Positions 1 to 10,137 of a DNA stretch of 64,000 nucleotides are shown one piece after another. The notes beneath the pieces were generated by a model. That model saw only the letters and a program-made list of their open reading frames with translations, was not told where the DNA came from and did not search any database. The translations under genes and the position numbers were made by a program. How positions within the stretch are numbered: the stretch's first letter is position 1; each line of letters starts with the position of its first letter. The stretch lies in NCBI GenBank assembly GCA_043800555.1, contig JAZDMX010000008.1, positions 5,340-69,339 on the forward strand. The letters are read 5' to 3'. The DNA comes from Candidatus Omnitrophota bacterium (GTDB lineage: Bacteria; Omnitrophota; Gorgyraeia; Gygaellales; Profunditerraquicolaceae).

Positions 1-3000
1 TAGCCTCCCGGATAACACTCAGGCCGTCGTAGATGCTGGTGGTAGTAACTGAACCACTGGTTAAAGCCACCCTTTTCCCTTCTCCGTCATATTTATAGGT
101 TTGTTTAACGCTAGGAGATGTAAAGCTAGTCAACTGGTTCCGGGAATCAAAGGTGAACTTGGTGGTTTTGCCGGAGGCGAGCTGGGAGATGAGGTTACCG
201 TTAGCGTCATAAGTATAGGTGATTTGGCCCAAGATAGGATCGATTTCCTTGGTTAACTGATCTAAGGAATTATAGGCGTAAGTAGCCTTTTTTCCAGCCT
301 TAACCATGCTGGTGCGGTTACCTGCCGCATCATAGGCATAGCTTATCTGATAGCTTAGGCTGGTAGAAGACCTGTTTTCTTTGGTAAGCTCTCCTCTTTT
401 GCTATAACTATAGCTTATAGAGCCGCCCGGGAAGGTTGTTTTAGTGCGCCTGCCGGCCAGGTCATAGCTGTAGCTGAATTGATTAATAGTCGTGTAGGGG
501 GCCACAGACCGGGCATTGGAGAGTTTGGTTAGCCTATTCAAGGAATTATAAGTATAGCTGGCCTTAGTATTATTGGGATAGGTTAATGTAACGATGTTAC
601 CGCGCGAGTCATAGGCGTATTTAGTGATTTTACCTTGAGGGTCGGTAACGGCAAGGATGCGGTTATCGGCGTCATAGGCGTATTTGGTTACTTTTTTATC
701 CGGGTCAGTCATGCTTAAGCGGTTACCGGCTTTATCATAGGTATAGGTAATGGTGTCAACTGCCAGCGGGCCGTTAATTGATAAGAGCCTGCCGAGTTTA
801 TCGTAGGTATAGGATGTTTTGCCCCGGGAATCAGCCATGGCCAGGCGCCTGCCCATTGCATCGTAGGTATAAGTTACCGCGCCTTCTGGGTAAGCGGCTT
901 TAATCAGGCGGTTCAGGGAATCGTAAGTGTAGCTGGTAGCTTTGCCTAAAGCGTCGGTTTTAGCGGTAAGGTTACCGGCTGCGTCATAGGCGTATCGGGT
1001 TTTGTTGCCTAAAGCGTCGGTTTTAAGAACAAGGCGGTTCAAGGAATCATATCTAAAGGTAGTCGAATTATTGTTTTGGCCGGTTACGGTTATAAGGTTA
1101 CCTTCGGTGTCGTAGGCGTAAGTTATTGTCTTGCCCAGTTCGTCGGTAGATGAAATAACTTTTTGGTCCTGGTTGTAGGCATAACGGGTAATGTTTGAGT
1201 TCTGATCAGTGGCGCTTACGCAGTTTCCATCTGCGTCATACGCATATTTTACCTTAGAGCCATCAGGATAAGTAACCTGGATAAGCCGGTTAAGGGAGTC
1301 ATAGGCGAATTTGGTTATGTTTTTAGCGGGGTCCTGGGTTTGGATGAGGTTACCGATAGAATCATAGGTGAAATAAGTAATTGCCTTCAGGGGGTCGCGG
1401 GTAATCGTCAGATTCCCTTTGGTATCGTAGCCGAAATTTGTTACTTTACCGAGCTGGTTGGTTGAGGCAATCGGCAGGCCGTAGGCGTTATAAGCGTAAC
1501 TTAAGCTTGAGCCGTCCGGATAAACAACCTTGGTTAAGTTGCCTTTTGCGTCATAAGTATAGAGGGTGGACCTGCCAAGGAAATCAGTTGCTGACTTGAT
1601 CTGGTTAAAGGTTGTTTCGTAAGTAAAGAGCGTGGAATTCCCCAAACTATCGGTAACTTTGGTTAAGTTGCCGAATGAATCATATTCCATTTGGGTAACC
1701 CTGCCCAGTTCGTCGGTGCGGCTGGTCAGGTTAAAGTTAGAGTCCCAGGCGGAGAGTTTCGTTTTATTTAGAGGGTTAATGATTTTGGCAATTAAGAGGT
1801 CCTTGTTGTAGTAATAGACGTTTTGGTTGCCTTTGGAGTCAGAGACTACGGTTTTGGAGTTTGTTGGATCAAACTTAAGTTTCCGGTAGTAGAGATTATT
1901 ATCCAGGCTTGAGATGGTGCAGCGGCTGGAAGAATCATAAGTAAAATAGGCGGATTCTCCTTTGGGGCCGGTTTTCTTGGTCAGGTTGTGTTTTGAGTCG
2001 TATTTATAGGTAGTGGGGTTGCCGGGCGGGTCAGTAACGCTGATCAAGTTATTCGATGTATCGTAAGCATAATTAAAGTATCGTCCGCTAGGGTCAGTAA
2101 TGCGGGTAAGCAGGTTTTTAGAGTTATAGGCCAGGTTTATTAAGCGGCCTGCGGTATCAGTGATCTTAATAAGGTTTTTTTGAGCGTCGTAAGTGAATGT
2201 TATAGTGTTATTATTACGGTCTTTAACTTTAAGGAGCTTGCCGGTTAAGTCAAAAATATACTGCTTGCCGTCTTTTTTACGCCAGATAAAGTTGCTTGAG
2301 TTTTTGATTAGGGTGGAATAGTCGCCGTATTGGGATAGGTATGCGCCGTCTCCATTATAAACAAAAATATAGGCCCTCCCCTCTTCAGCAAGTATCTTTA
2401 CGGCGGAGTTAGGCGTATTCTGTGTCAGGTATATATTGTAATTGTGCGTCCAACCGCAGCCTAAAGGGCCGGCTGCTTTGGAGAGGCTGTTATAGCTGCG
2501 GGTAAATTCGAAGTTAAGGCTTCTTCCCGGCAGCTTGAAATCGGTGGTAATGATGTACATATTGCCGTTGACCAGGTTGACCGGATCTCCGGTTGTCTGA
2601 TCCGAGTCAGCCGGCTTGCCATAGTAGTATTCATCAAGGGGGTTTGATTTGGTTACCTGGGTAATTGTGAATTGGGCTTTAGCGGGAGTTAAATCGAGGT
2701 TACCGGCGTTATCTTTTGCAAAAACCATAAAGTTGTGTGGGCCTAATGAGAGATTCTTAAAAGTCATTGAGGTGGCAGTGGTATAATATGTGCTTGAGTC
2801 CATCACATAATAATATCCGGCAATGCCTTGCTCTCCTTCTATACCATGCCAGATAAAGGTAACGTTTTGTGTGCGGATGTCACCGGAAGGACCGGAATCG
2901 ATTATGGTATCAAGGGTTTGAGGCGGGCTGAATACCATAAGGCTTCCGCTAGTGTTACTAAAATTAGCGGTTTTAGTTATATAAGTGGTTTTAGCGCCAC

Positions 3001-3535
3001 TGTAAGATATTTCATCGTAAGTATATGTTCCGCTAAAATTAAAGCTGGCATTCTTAATTAAAACGCTGGCAGATGTTATATTGCCTGAACAGGAAATGTT
3101 AGTTTTTTCGGTGATAGTAGCGTTAGCGGTATTGCTTGTGCCTGTTTCGGTTTGAGTAAAGACAAGCGAATTCCCGGTAACCTTTCCATTTAGCGCCCCT
3201 AGGAGATTTACGTTCAGCAAACTACCTGTTTTTGATCCACTAATTGTTCCATTAGCGGACTGGGTTACGTTAAGCCCGGTTAAGACATAAAAGGAAGGCA
3301 GGCCTTTTTCATCGCGCTCAATGACGGTTTCATAAGGGGAAAAGGGCTGAACAGTCCTGATTTTTACATGTACAGGTATGTTTGAGTAGCTGTCGTTAAC
3401 ATACCAAATGCCTGATAAATCAGTATTGGCAGCTAAGGATAAACTGGGGGCGATAAGAGAGAAAATGAAAAGAAAAGTAATCAGCAACCAAGAGGCAAAA
3501 GAGAATTTTTTGAGATCGGGGAATGTTTTCCTCAA
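1..3535 (-). CDS. Secreted RHS/YD-repeat protein (signal peptide, Ig-like domain, DUF6531-like domain, YD repeats); C-terminus lies beyond the left edge
   Basis: Manual translation: AAGGAGG RBS, then TTG at 3535, MRKTFPDLKKFSFASWLLITFLFIFSLIAPSLSLA; FMVFAKDNAGNLDLTPA (Ig-like); GDPVNLVNGNMYIITTDFKLPGRSLNFEFTRSYNS..GPLGCGWTHNY; many YD-type repeats. The same frame reads TYKYDGEGKRV at the left edge. Not in the ORF track because there is no stop in the window. Confidence 0.92.
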   Translation of the reverse strand, partial: MRKTFPDLKKFSFASWLLITFLFIFSLIAPSLSLAANTDLSGIWYVNDSYSNIPVHVKIRTVQPFSPYETVIERDEKGLPSFYVLTGLNVTQSANGTISGSKTGSLLNVNLLGALNGKVTGNSLVFTQTETGTSNTANATITEKTNISCSGNITSASVLIKNASFNFSGTYTYDEISYSGAKTTYITKTANFSNTSGSLMVFSPPQTLDTIIDSGPSGDIRTQNVTFIWHGIEGEQGIAGYYYVMDSSTYYTTATSMTFKNLSLGPHNFMVFAKDNAGNLDLTPAKAQFTITQVTKSNPLDEYYYGKPADSDQTTGDPVNLVNGNMYIITTDFKLPGRSLNFEFTRSYNSLSKAAGPLGCGWTHNYNIYLTQNTPNSAVKILAEEGRAYIFVYNGDGAYLSQYGDYSTLIKNSSNFIWRKKDGKQYIFDLTGKLLKVKDRNNNTITFTYDAQKNLIKITDTAGRLINLAYNSKNLLTRITDPSGRYFNYAYDTSNNLISVTDPPGNPTTYKYDSKHNLTKKTGPKGESAYFTYDSSSRCTISSLDNNLYYRKLKFDPTNSKTVVSDSKGNQNVYYYNKDLLIAKIINPLNKTKLSAWDSNFNLTSRTDELGRVTQMEYDSFGNLTKVTDSLGNSTLFTYETTFNQIKSATDFLGRSTLYTYDAKGNLTKVVYPDGSSLSYAYNAYGLPIASTNQLGKVTNFGYDTKGNLTITRDPLKAITYFTYDSIGNLIQTQDPAKNITKFAYDSLNRLIQVTYPDGSKVKYAYDADGNCVSATDQNSNITRYAYNQDQKVISSTDELGKTITYAYDTEGNLITVTGQNNNSTTFRYDSLNRLVLKTDALGNKTRYAYDAAGNLTAKTDALGKATSYTYDSLNRLIKAAYPEGAVTYTYDAMGRRLAMADSRGKTSYTYDKLGRLLSINGPLAVDTITYTYDKAGNRLSMTDPDKKVTKYAYDADNRILAVTDPQGKITKYAYDSRGNIVTLTYPNNTKASYTYNSLNRLTKLSNARSVAPYTTINQFSYSYDLAGRRTKTTFPGGSISYSYSKRGELTKENRSSTSLSYQISYAYDAAGNRTSMVKAGKKATYAYNSLDQLTKEIDPILGQITYTYDANGNLISQLASGKTTKFTFDSRNQLTSFTSPSVKQTYKYDGEGKRVALTSGSVTTTSIYDGLSVIREA

Positions 3536-3564
3536 AGACCCCCTCCTTTTTTAAAGATGGCTTT

Positions 3565-3592
3565 AGTTTAGCAGGTAAGGGTAAATTTTCAA
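3565..3592 (-). promoter_or_regulatory. Putative sigma70 promoter of the RHS gene
   Basis: TTGAAA-16 nt-TAAACT with an extended -10 TG, about 30 nt upstream of the TTG start. Confidence 0.5.
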
Positions 3593-3605
3593 GATATATT
3601 TTTAG

Positions 3606-3711
3606 GAAAATAGGGGACGTTTCTACTTTTCTCACGCTCTGGCTGCCGGAAAAGTAGAAACGTCCCCTATTTTCTATCAGGCTCGAGAAAAGTAGAAACG
3701 TCCCCATTTTC
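3606..3711. repeat. REP-like palindrome, locus 1 (two arms plus an extra right arm)
   Basis: gaaaataggggacgtttctacttttc-17 nt-gaaaagtagaaacgtcccctattttc (26-bp perfect stem); third arm at 3687-3711; directly after the dnaE stop. Confidence 0.9.
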
Positions 3712-3712
3712 T

Positions 3713-6700
3713 TTATACCACCAGCGACAGGCGTTCTTCTCCCAGGAGGTCTTCGATTTCTTTAATTAATTTCTCTGAAGGCGATACGTAAAATCCTTCG
3801 CCAACTACCAACTGGACCCGGGATTTTGCCGGGGTGTCCAAATTCAGGTAAACCGGGATGTTCCCCCGCGAAGCGGCAAGCAGCCCTTTTAAGGTCTCAA
3901 AGACATTTTCCCTTAGCCCCGAGAGGTTAATGCTCATCGCGGTAATGAGCTTGTAAATTTCATCAAACGGGAAAAGGTCGTTAACCAGTATTTTAGGCGT
4001 GTCCTCTTTCAGGCTCAAGGTGCCTCTTACCAAAACTACGCTATTGGGCTGGATATAGCGGGAAACTTTCTGGAAGGAGCGCGGGAAAACCAGCAGTTCT
4101 ACCGAGCCATTTAAATCCTCCAGTTTTAATATCGCCATCTTCTCCTGTTTTGCGCGCGTGATAGTGTGTTTAACTTTGCAGATTAATCCGACGATTTTTA
4201 CTTCGTCTTCGTCCTTATGCTGGCGCAAATCACTGATTGAAGATGAAACAAAGCGTTTTAATTGCCGGGCGTAACGCGCCAAAGGATGGCCGCTTACATA
4301 AAACCCGAGCATTTCCTTTTCAAACGCCAATAGCTGCGGCTCCGGCCACTCGTGGATTTGGGGCGTTTCGTTTATAATCTCTTTAAAGCCGTTAGCGGAT
4401 AAGCCCTGGTCAAAGAAAGAAAGCTGCCCTTTGGCTTTCTCTTTTTGATTGCGGGAAGCCGCTTCCAGGATCAAGCTTAAGGAGGCAAACATCTTTGCCC
4501 GCGATATTTTAAAAGAATCCAGCGCCCCGCACTTTATCAGGCTTTCTAAAACCTTGCGGTTGGCTAAGCGTAAATCCACCCTCTGGCATAAATCTTCCAG
4601 GCTGGCGAATTTCCCGGATTTCCTGGCTTCGACAATCGATTCAACAGCCCCTACCCCGACATTTTTGATTGCCAGCAATCCGAAGCGGATGGTTTTTTCG
4701 TCTTCGACCTTGAACAAAGCGCCGCTTTCGTTTATCTCCGGGGGCGAAACCGTTATGCCCATGCGCCCGGCTTCCGCCACGTATTCAACGATTTTGTCCG
4801 TATTATCGCGCTCGGAAGTAAGCAGCGCGCTCATAAATTCCACCGGGTAATTGGCTTTCAGATAAGCGGTGCGGTAAGAAATAAGCGCGTAGGCGGTGCT
4901 ATGGCTCTTGTTGAAGCCGTACCCGGAAAAATATTCGATCAGGTCAAAAATCTTGGTGGCGGTGGATTCTTTGATGCTGTTTTTAAGGCAGCCGTGGATA
5001 AAATTGCTCCTTTGCTTCTCCATAACCTCGGGAATTTTTTTGCCCATAGCTTTACGCAAGATGTCCGCCTGGGCGAGGCTAAAGCCGCCTAAAAGGGAGG
5101 CAATTTGCATGATCTGTTCCTGATAAACCATAATGCCGTAGGTTTCCTTAAGCACCGGCTCGAGCTTGGGGTGTTCGTATCTAATGGGGATAAGGTTATG
5201 CTTGCGTTTCATAAAATCGTTAAGCATCCCCGAACCAATCGGCCCCGGCCGGTATAAAGCCAGCAAAGCGATCAAGTCCTCGAAACGTTCGGGCTCCAGT
5301 TTCTTAAGCAAATCGCGCATCCCGGAGCTTTCAACCTGAAAGACCCCCATAGTTTGCGCCGAGGCCAGGAGCTTGTAGGTGTTTTTGTCGTCGAGAGGAA
5401 GTTTCCGGACCTCGATATCTTTGCCCCGGGTTTCCTTGATTATTTTTACTGCCTGGTCTATGACGGTAAGCGTCCTTAAGCCCAGAAAGTCGACTTTCAA
5501 AAGGCCGATCTTTTCCAGTATCCCCATGCTAAAGCCGGTAGTTATCTGGCCGTCGCTGGTTTTAAAAAGCGGGCTGTAGTTGCTCAAGGGCTTATCGGCA
5601 ATCACAACCCCCGCCGCGTGCACCGAAGCGTGGCGGTTTAACCCCTCCAGGGCCAATCCCGTAGTAATCAGCTTAGTTACCTCGGGGTCGTTCTTGTAGA
5701 GGTTATTTAACTCCGGTTCGCTCTCAAGGGCTTTCTTGAGCGTCATATCGATTTCCGGCGGGATCATTTTGGCGATCCGGTCGACATCAGCGTAACTCAT
5801 TGCCATGACCCTGCCCACATCGCGCACAACCGCGCGCGCCTGCATCGTCCCGAAAGTAATGATCTGGGCAACGTTTTCCTGGCCGTATTTTGCGGTAACG
5901 TAATCAATGACCTCTTGCCTTCTTTCGTAACAAAAGTCTATATCGATATCCGGCAGGCCCATTCTTTCCGGGTTTAAGAACCTTTCGAAAAGCAGGCCGT
6001 ATTTTAAAGGGTCCAGGTCGGTAATCCCCAAAAGATAGCTCACCAGGCTGCCTGCGGCCGAGCCCCTTCCCGGGCCGACCGGGATTCCTTTGCTTTTGGC
6101 GTAATGGATGAAGTCCCAGACGATGAGAAAGTAACTGACAAACCCCATATCCTTGATGATCTTAAGCTCATGTTCCAGCCTGGCCGTAACCTCATCGCTT
6201 ACCTTGGCGTATTTTTCCTTGATCCCGGCATCGCAGAGTTCTTTTAAGTATTCTTCCTTTGTTTTGCCGACCGGGGGCTCATATTTAGGCAGGTGAACTT
6301 TCTTGAAATCCAGCTCCAGGTTGCAGCGGGAAGCTATTTCGCAGGTATTGGAAATGGCCTCGGGGGTTTCCTTAAAAAGCGTTTTCATCTCCTGCGGGGA
6401 TTTAAAATAAAATTCATCGGTTTGAAAACGCATCCGGTTGGGGTCTTCCAGCGTAGCCTGGGTTTGGATGCACAAAAGCGCTTCGTGGGAAACCGCTTTA
6501 TCGCGCGTCAGGTAATGCACGTCGTTTGTGGCGGCTAAAGGCAGGTTTAATTCTTTGGCTATCCGGATTAATCCGGCATTGACGCCTTTTTGCTCGGGGA
6601 TTGAATTCTCCTGGATTTCCAGGTAAAAATTATCCTTGCCGAAAATATTCCGGTAGGTGTCTGCCAATTTTAGCGCGTCATTAAAGCGTTTTTGCTGGAT

Positions 6701-7147
6701 TAATGAGGGGATCTCTCCCTTCAGGCAGGCGCTTAGGCCGATTAACCCCTGGGAATACTGGCTAAGTATTTCTTTATCGATCCTTGGCCGGTAATAGAAG
6801 CCTTCCAGGTAAGCGGCTGAAACCAGTTTCATTAAATTATGGTAGCCGGTTTCATCGCGGGCCAGGAGTATTAAATGGTAGGCGGCTTCGTCTATGCCGC
6901 GGGGCTCCTTGTTGAAACGGCTGTTGGGGGCGACATAAGTTTCGCACCCGATGATGGGCTTAATGCCGTTTTTTAAGGCTTCCAGGTAAAAGTCAACCGC
7001 CCCGAACATATTGCCATGGTCGGTAATGGCCAGGGAATCCATATTGTATTGTCTGGCGAGGCTTAATAATTCGGGAATGCGGCAGGCGCCGTCAAGAAGG
7101 CTGAATTGCGTGTGCAGGTGCAAATGGACGAAATCGCTATGCGGCAT
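3713..7147 (-). CDS. dnaE: DNA polymerase III alpha subunit
   Basis: PHP domain FVHLHLHTQFSLLDG, GPGRGSAAGS, PDIDIDF, YGFNKSHS; 1144 aa. Confidence 0.99.
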   Translation of the reverse strand: MPHSDFVHLHLHTQFSLLDGACRIPELLSLARQYNMDSLAITDHGNMFGAVDFYLEALKNGIKPIIGCETYVAPNSRFNKEPRGIDEAAYHLILLARDETGYHNLMKLVSAAYLEGFYYRPRIDKEILSQYSQGLIGLSACLKGEIPSLIQQKRFNDALKLADTYRNIFGKDNFYLEIQENSIPEQKGVNAGLIRIAKELNLPLAATNDVHYLTRDKAVSHEALLCIQTQATLEDPNRMRFQTDEFYFKSPQEMKTLFKETPEAISNTCEIASRCNLELDFKKVHLPKYEPPVGKTKEEYLKELCDAGIKEKYAKVSDEVTARLEHELKIIKDMGFVSYFLIVWDFIHYAKSKGIPVGPGRGSAAGSLVSYLLGITDLDPLKYGLLFERFLNPERMGLPDIDIDFCYERRQEVIDYVTAKYGQENVAQIITFGTMQARAVVRDVGRVMAMSYADVDRIAKMIPPEIDMTLKKALESEPELNNLYKNDPEVTKLITTGLALEGLNRHASVHAAGVVIADKPLSNYSPLFKTSDGQITTGFSMGILEKIGLLKVDFLGLRTLTVIDQAVKIIKETRGKDIEVRKLPLDDKNTYKLLASAQTMGVFQVESSGMRDLLKKLEPERFEDLIALLALYRPGPIGSGMLNDFMKRKHNLIPIRYEHPKLEPVLKETYGIMVYQEQIMQIASLLGGFSLAQADILRKAMGKKIPEVMEKQRSNFIHGCLKNSIKESTATKIFDLIEYFSGYGFNKSHSTAYALISYRTAYLKANYPVEFMSALLTSERDNTDKIVEYVAEAGRMGITVSPPEINESGALFKVEDEKTIRFGLLAIKNVGVGAVESIVEARKSGKFASLEDLCQRVDLRLANRKVLESLIKCGALDSFKISRAKMFASLSLILEAASRNQKEKAKGQLSFFDQGLSANGFKEIINETPQIHEWPEPQLLAFEKEMLGFYVSGHPLARYARQLKRFVSSSISDLRQHKDEDEVKIVGLICKVKHTITRAKQEKMAILKLEDLNGSVELLVFPRSFQKVSRYIQPNSVVLVRGTLSLKEDTPKILVNDLFPFDEIYKLITAMSINLSGLRENVFETLKGLLAASRGNIPVYLNLDTPAKSRVQLVVGEGFYVSPSEKLIKEIEDLLGEERLSLVV

Positions 7148-7166
7148 GTCGTAGCTATGGGCTAAT

Positions 7167-8708
7167 TTATTCCCACTCGATAGTCGCGGGAGGCTTGGAA
7201 GAAATGTCGTAGACTACCCTATTTACGCCTTTTACTTCGTTAATTACGCGGTTTGAGATCTTTTCCATAATTTCATAGGGAAGCTTGACCCAGTCGGCAG
7301 TCATCCCGTCGAAACTGGAGACGCAGCGGATGGCTACGACATTCTCATAGGTGCGCTCATCCCCCATAATCCCTACGCTCTTTATCGGAAGCAATATGGC
7401 GAAAGATTGCCAGATTTGTTCGTATAAGCCGGCTCCCTGTATTTCATCAATAACCCGTTTATCGACCTCGCGCAGGATATTCAGGCGTTCTTCGGTGACC
7501 TCTCCGATAATCCTGATGGCTAAGCCCGGGCCCGGGAATGGCTGGCGCCGGATTATCGAGTCGGGCAGGCCCATTTCCCTGCCGATGGCGCGGACTTCAT
7601 CTTTGAATATTTCGCGTAGCGGCTCAATGAGCTTCAGCTTCATATGCGCCGGAAGGCCGCCTACATTGTGGTGGCTCTTTATTTTGCGGCTGGGCGCCCC
7701 GCTGGGCGAAATTGATTCGATTACATCCGGATAAAGCGTCCCCTGGGCAAGGAACTTCACCCCTTTTACCTTATCGGCTTCTTCCTCGAAAGTCTTGACG
7801 AATTCATCGCCGATTATTTTCCTTTTTTCTTCCGGGTCGGTAATTCCTTTAAGGCGGGCGAGGAATTTCTTGCTCCTGTCGACATAGCCCAAATTCAGGT
7901 GGTATACGTCGCGGAAGACTTTCTTTACTTGTTCGGGCTCGTCTTTCCTAAGCAAGCCGTTATTGATAAAGATGCAGCGGGAATTCTTGTTGATGGCCTT
8001 ATGCAGCAATAAAGCCGCTACCGAGGAATCAACCCCTCCGCTTAACCCTAAAACGACCTTATCATTTCCGATTTGTTTCTTTAAGTTGTCAATCGTTTCT
8101 TTGATGAAAGACTGCATTGTCCAGCGGCTTAAGCATCCGCATATCTTAAAGAGGAAATTTCCCAGGATCTGGTTGCCTTTTTCCGTATGCGTTACTTCCG
8201 GGTGGAACTGCACGGCGAAAATCTTCTTTTTGGCATTGGAGATCGCCGCCACCGGCGTGTTCATCGTGTGGGCGCTAACGCGGAACCCCGCGGGGACCTT
8301 GGTTACGAAATCCCCGTGGCTTGCCCAGCAGGTGAAATTCCCCGGGATATGGCTGAACAGGTCCCGGTTGTCGTCGATAAATAGCTCGGCCTTGCCGTAT
8401 TCCCGGCCTTTGGTGTGCTTGACTTTTCCCCCCAGCATCTCCGAGATGACCTGCATCCCGTAACAAATTCCCAGTATTGGCACCCCCAGCTTGAAAATTC
8501 CTTTGTCCGGGACAGGGCTCTTCTTATCTACCACCGAAGCCGGGCCTCCGGAGAAAATTAAGCCCTTGGGGAGCATCGCGGCTATTTCTTTTGCCGGGGT
8601 ATTATAGGGGATTATCCTGGAGAAAACCTTATTTTCCCTGACCCTGCGGGCAATAAGTTGTGTATATTGCGAACCAAAATCCAAAATAAGCACTGTTTGC
8701 CTGCCCAT
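7167..8708 (-). CDS. guaA: GMP synthase (glutamine-hydrolysing)
   Basis: LDFGSQYTQLIARR, GICYGMQ, QFHPEV, SGGVDS, KPPATIEWE. Confidence 0.99.
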   Translation of the reverse strand: MGRQTVLILDFGSQYTQLIARRVRENKVFSRIIPYNTPAKEIAAMLPKGLIFSGGPASVVDKKSPVPDKGIFKLGVPILGICYGMQVISEMLGGKVKHTKGREYGKAELFIDDNRDLFSHIPGNFTCWASHGDFVTKVPAGFRVSAHTMNTPVAAISNAKKKIFAVQFHPEVTHTEKGNQILGNFLFKICGCLSRWTMQSFIKETIDNLKKQIGNDKVVLGLSGGVDSSVAALLLHKAINKNSRCIFINNGLLRKDEPEQVKKVFRDVYHLNLGYVDRSKKFLARLKGITDPEEKRKIIGDEFVKTFEEEADKVKGVKFLAQGTLYPDVIESISPSGAPSRKIKSHHNVGGLPAHMKLKLIEPLREIFKDEVRAIGREMGLPDSIIRRQPFPGPGLAIRIIGEVTEERLNILREVDKRVIDEIQGAGLYEQIWQSFAILLPIKSVGIMGDERTYENVVAIRCVSSFDGMTADWVKLPYEIMEKISNRVINEVKGVNRVVYDISSKPPATIEWE

Positions 8709-8740
8709 TTACCCGATCTCCTTTTATTGTCCGCGTTGCT

Positions 8741-9901
8741 TTATTTGCCCATGCCGACTCTTTGGCCAACCTGGAACATCTTTCCTTCTGTTTGTATGGA
8801 AGGGGCGATAATGATTTCTACGTCGTGCATTTCTTTTAAGTTTGAGGCGCCTAATGAGCCCATGGAAGTTTTAAGCGCTCCCATTAAATTTTGCGAACCG
8901 TCGTCAACCCTTGCCGGGCCGAAGAGGATTTCCTTTAATGAACCGGTTGTGCCGACCTGGATGCGGGTGCCGCGGGGCAGGTTCACATGCGAAGTGGCCA
9001 TTCCCCAGTGATAACCGCCTCCCGGGGCTTCGTTTGCCCGGGCGAAACTGGAGCCTATCATTACGGCGTCCGCGCCGCAGGCAAAGGCCTTGCAGATATC
9101 CCCGCCGCGGTTCATTCCACCGTCGGTAATTATGGGGATGTATTTGCCCGTCCTTTTATAATAAAAATCGCGCGCGCCTGCCGCATCCACCGTTGCGGTT
9201 ACCTGGGGCACGCCTATGCCTAAGACTCCCCGGGTTGTACAGGCTGCTCCCGGGCCGACGCCGATAAGCAGGCCGGAGGCGCCGGTTTCCATAAGCTCTA
9301 CGGTAGTCTCGTAAGTTACGCAATTACCGAGTATGACCGGGATTTTGGCGGATTTGCAGAATTTATGGAGGTCCAGGGTTTTATATTCCTTGGCGATATG
9401 CTTGGTGGTTGTAACCGTTGACTGCACTACGAATATGTCCGCTCCGGAAGCAACCGCAAGCTTGGAAAATTTTTCGGCGTTTGCCGGGATGCAACTGACT
9501 ACGGCAATGGCCTTTTTCTTCTTTATTTCCGAAACTCTCTTGGAGATTAATTTTTCATTTATAGGCCTGGTGTATAAGGATTGGATTAACTGGGTAGCTT
9601 TTTGGGGGCTGGACTGCGCGATTTCCGCCAATACCGTCTCGGGGTTTTCGTAACGCGTCTGGACGCCGTCAAGGTTTAATACCGCTATGCCGCCCAGGCC
9701 CGACATTTCAATGGCAAACTTAACATCAACAACGCCATCCATTGCCGCGGCCAGGATCGGGACTTTGAATTTTTTACCGCCTATTTGAAGGGAAATATCA
9801 ACTTCATTGGGATTAACTGTCTGCGCCCCGGGCACAAGCGCTATCTCATCAAAGCCATAGCATCTGCGGGCCCGCCTGCCTATGCCTATCCACTCTGCCA
9901 T
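8741..9901 (-). CDS. guaB: IMP dehydrogenase, CBS-less GuaB3-type
   Basis: GVGPGAACTTR catalytic Cys loop; N-terminal RARRCYGFDEIALVP and HWGMAT typical of the GuaB3 family; adjacent to guaA. Confidence 0.9.
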   Translation of the reverse strand: MAEWIGIGRRARRCYGFDEIALVPGAQTVNPNEVDISLQIGGKKFKVPILAAAMDGVVDVKFAIEMSGLGGIAVLNLDGVQTRYENPETVLAEIAQSSPQKATQLIQSLYTRPINEKLISKRVSEIKKKKAIAVVSCIPANAEKFSKLAVASGADIFVVQSTVTTTKHIAKEYKTLDLHKFCKSAKIPVILGNCVTYETTVELMETGASGLLIGVGPGAACTTRGVLGIGVPQVTATVDAAGARDFYYKRTGKYIPIITDGGMNRGGDICKAFACGADAVMIGSSFARANEAPGGGYHWGMATSHVNLPRGTRIQVGTTGSLKEILFGPARVDDGSQNLMGALKTSMGSLGASNLKEMHDVEIIIAPSIQTEGKMFQVGQRVGMGK

Positions 9902-9993
9902 TTTAAGACTCTCCTCTGATATATAAGTTGTTTGTTATCAATAAGTTGCGGATTATTGCCTTATTTTGATAAAAGGTTACGAAAGAATAGTAA

Positions 9994-10022
9994 ATTTTAC
10001 ACCCAAGCCGCTATTTTGTCAA
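9994..10022 (-). promoter_or_regulatory. sigma70 promoter of guaB-guaA-dnaE
   Basis: TTGACA(10017-10022)-17 nt-TAAAAT(9994-9999). Confidence 0.7.
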
Positions 10023-10029
10023 GCGAAAT

Positions 10030-10117
10030 AAAAAAAGGGGGACGTTTCAAAAAAAAGGGGGACGTTTCTACTTTTCTGGCTTTAGGTGCGGGAAAAGTAG
10101 AAACGTCCCCCTTTTTT
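10030..10117. repeat. REP-like palindrome, locus 2 (partial extra left arm)
   Basis: aaaaaagggggacgtttctacttttc-tggctttaggtgcgg-gaaaagtagaaacgtccccctttttt, preceded by a partial arm. Confidence 0.9.
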
Positions 10118-10137
10118 CAAGTCGCCTCTCTTTTTCC

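Noticed and set aside
3420-3707. ORFs containing KVETSP or GRFYFS (3420-3707, 9932-10168, 36053-36289, 36056-36304)
   Set aside because: These are translations of the REP-like palindrome, not a protein family; 3420-3707 also overlaps the true RHS start in another frame.
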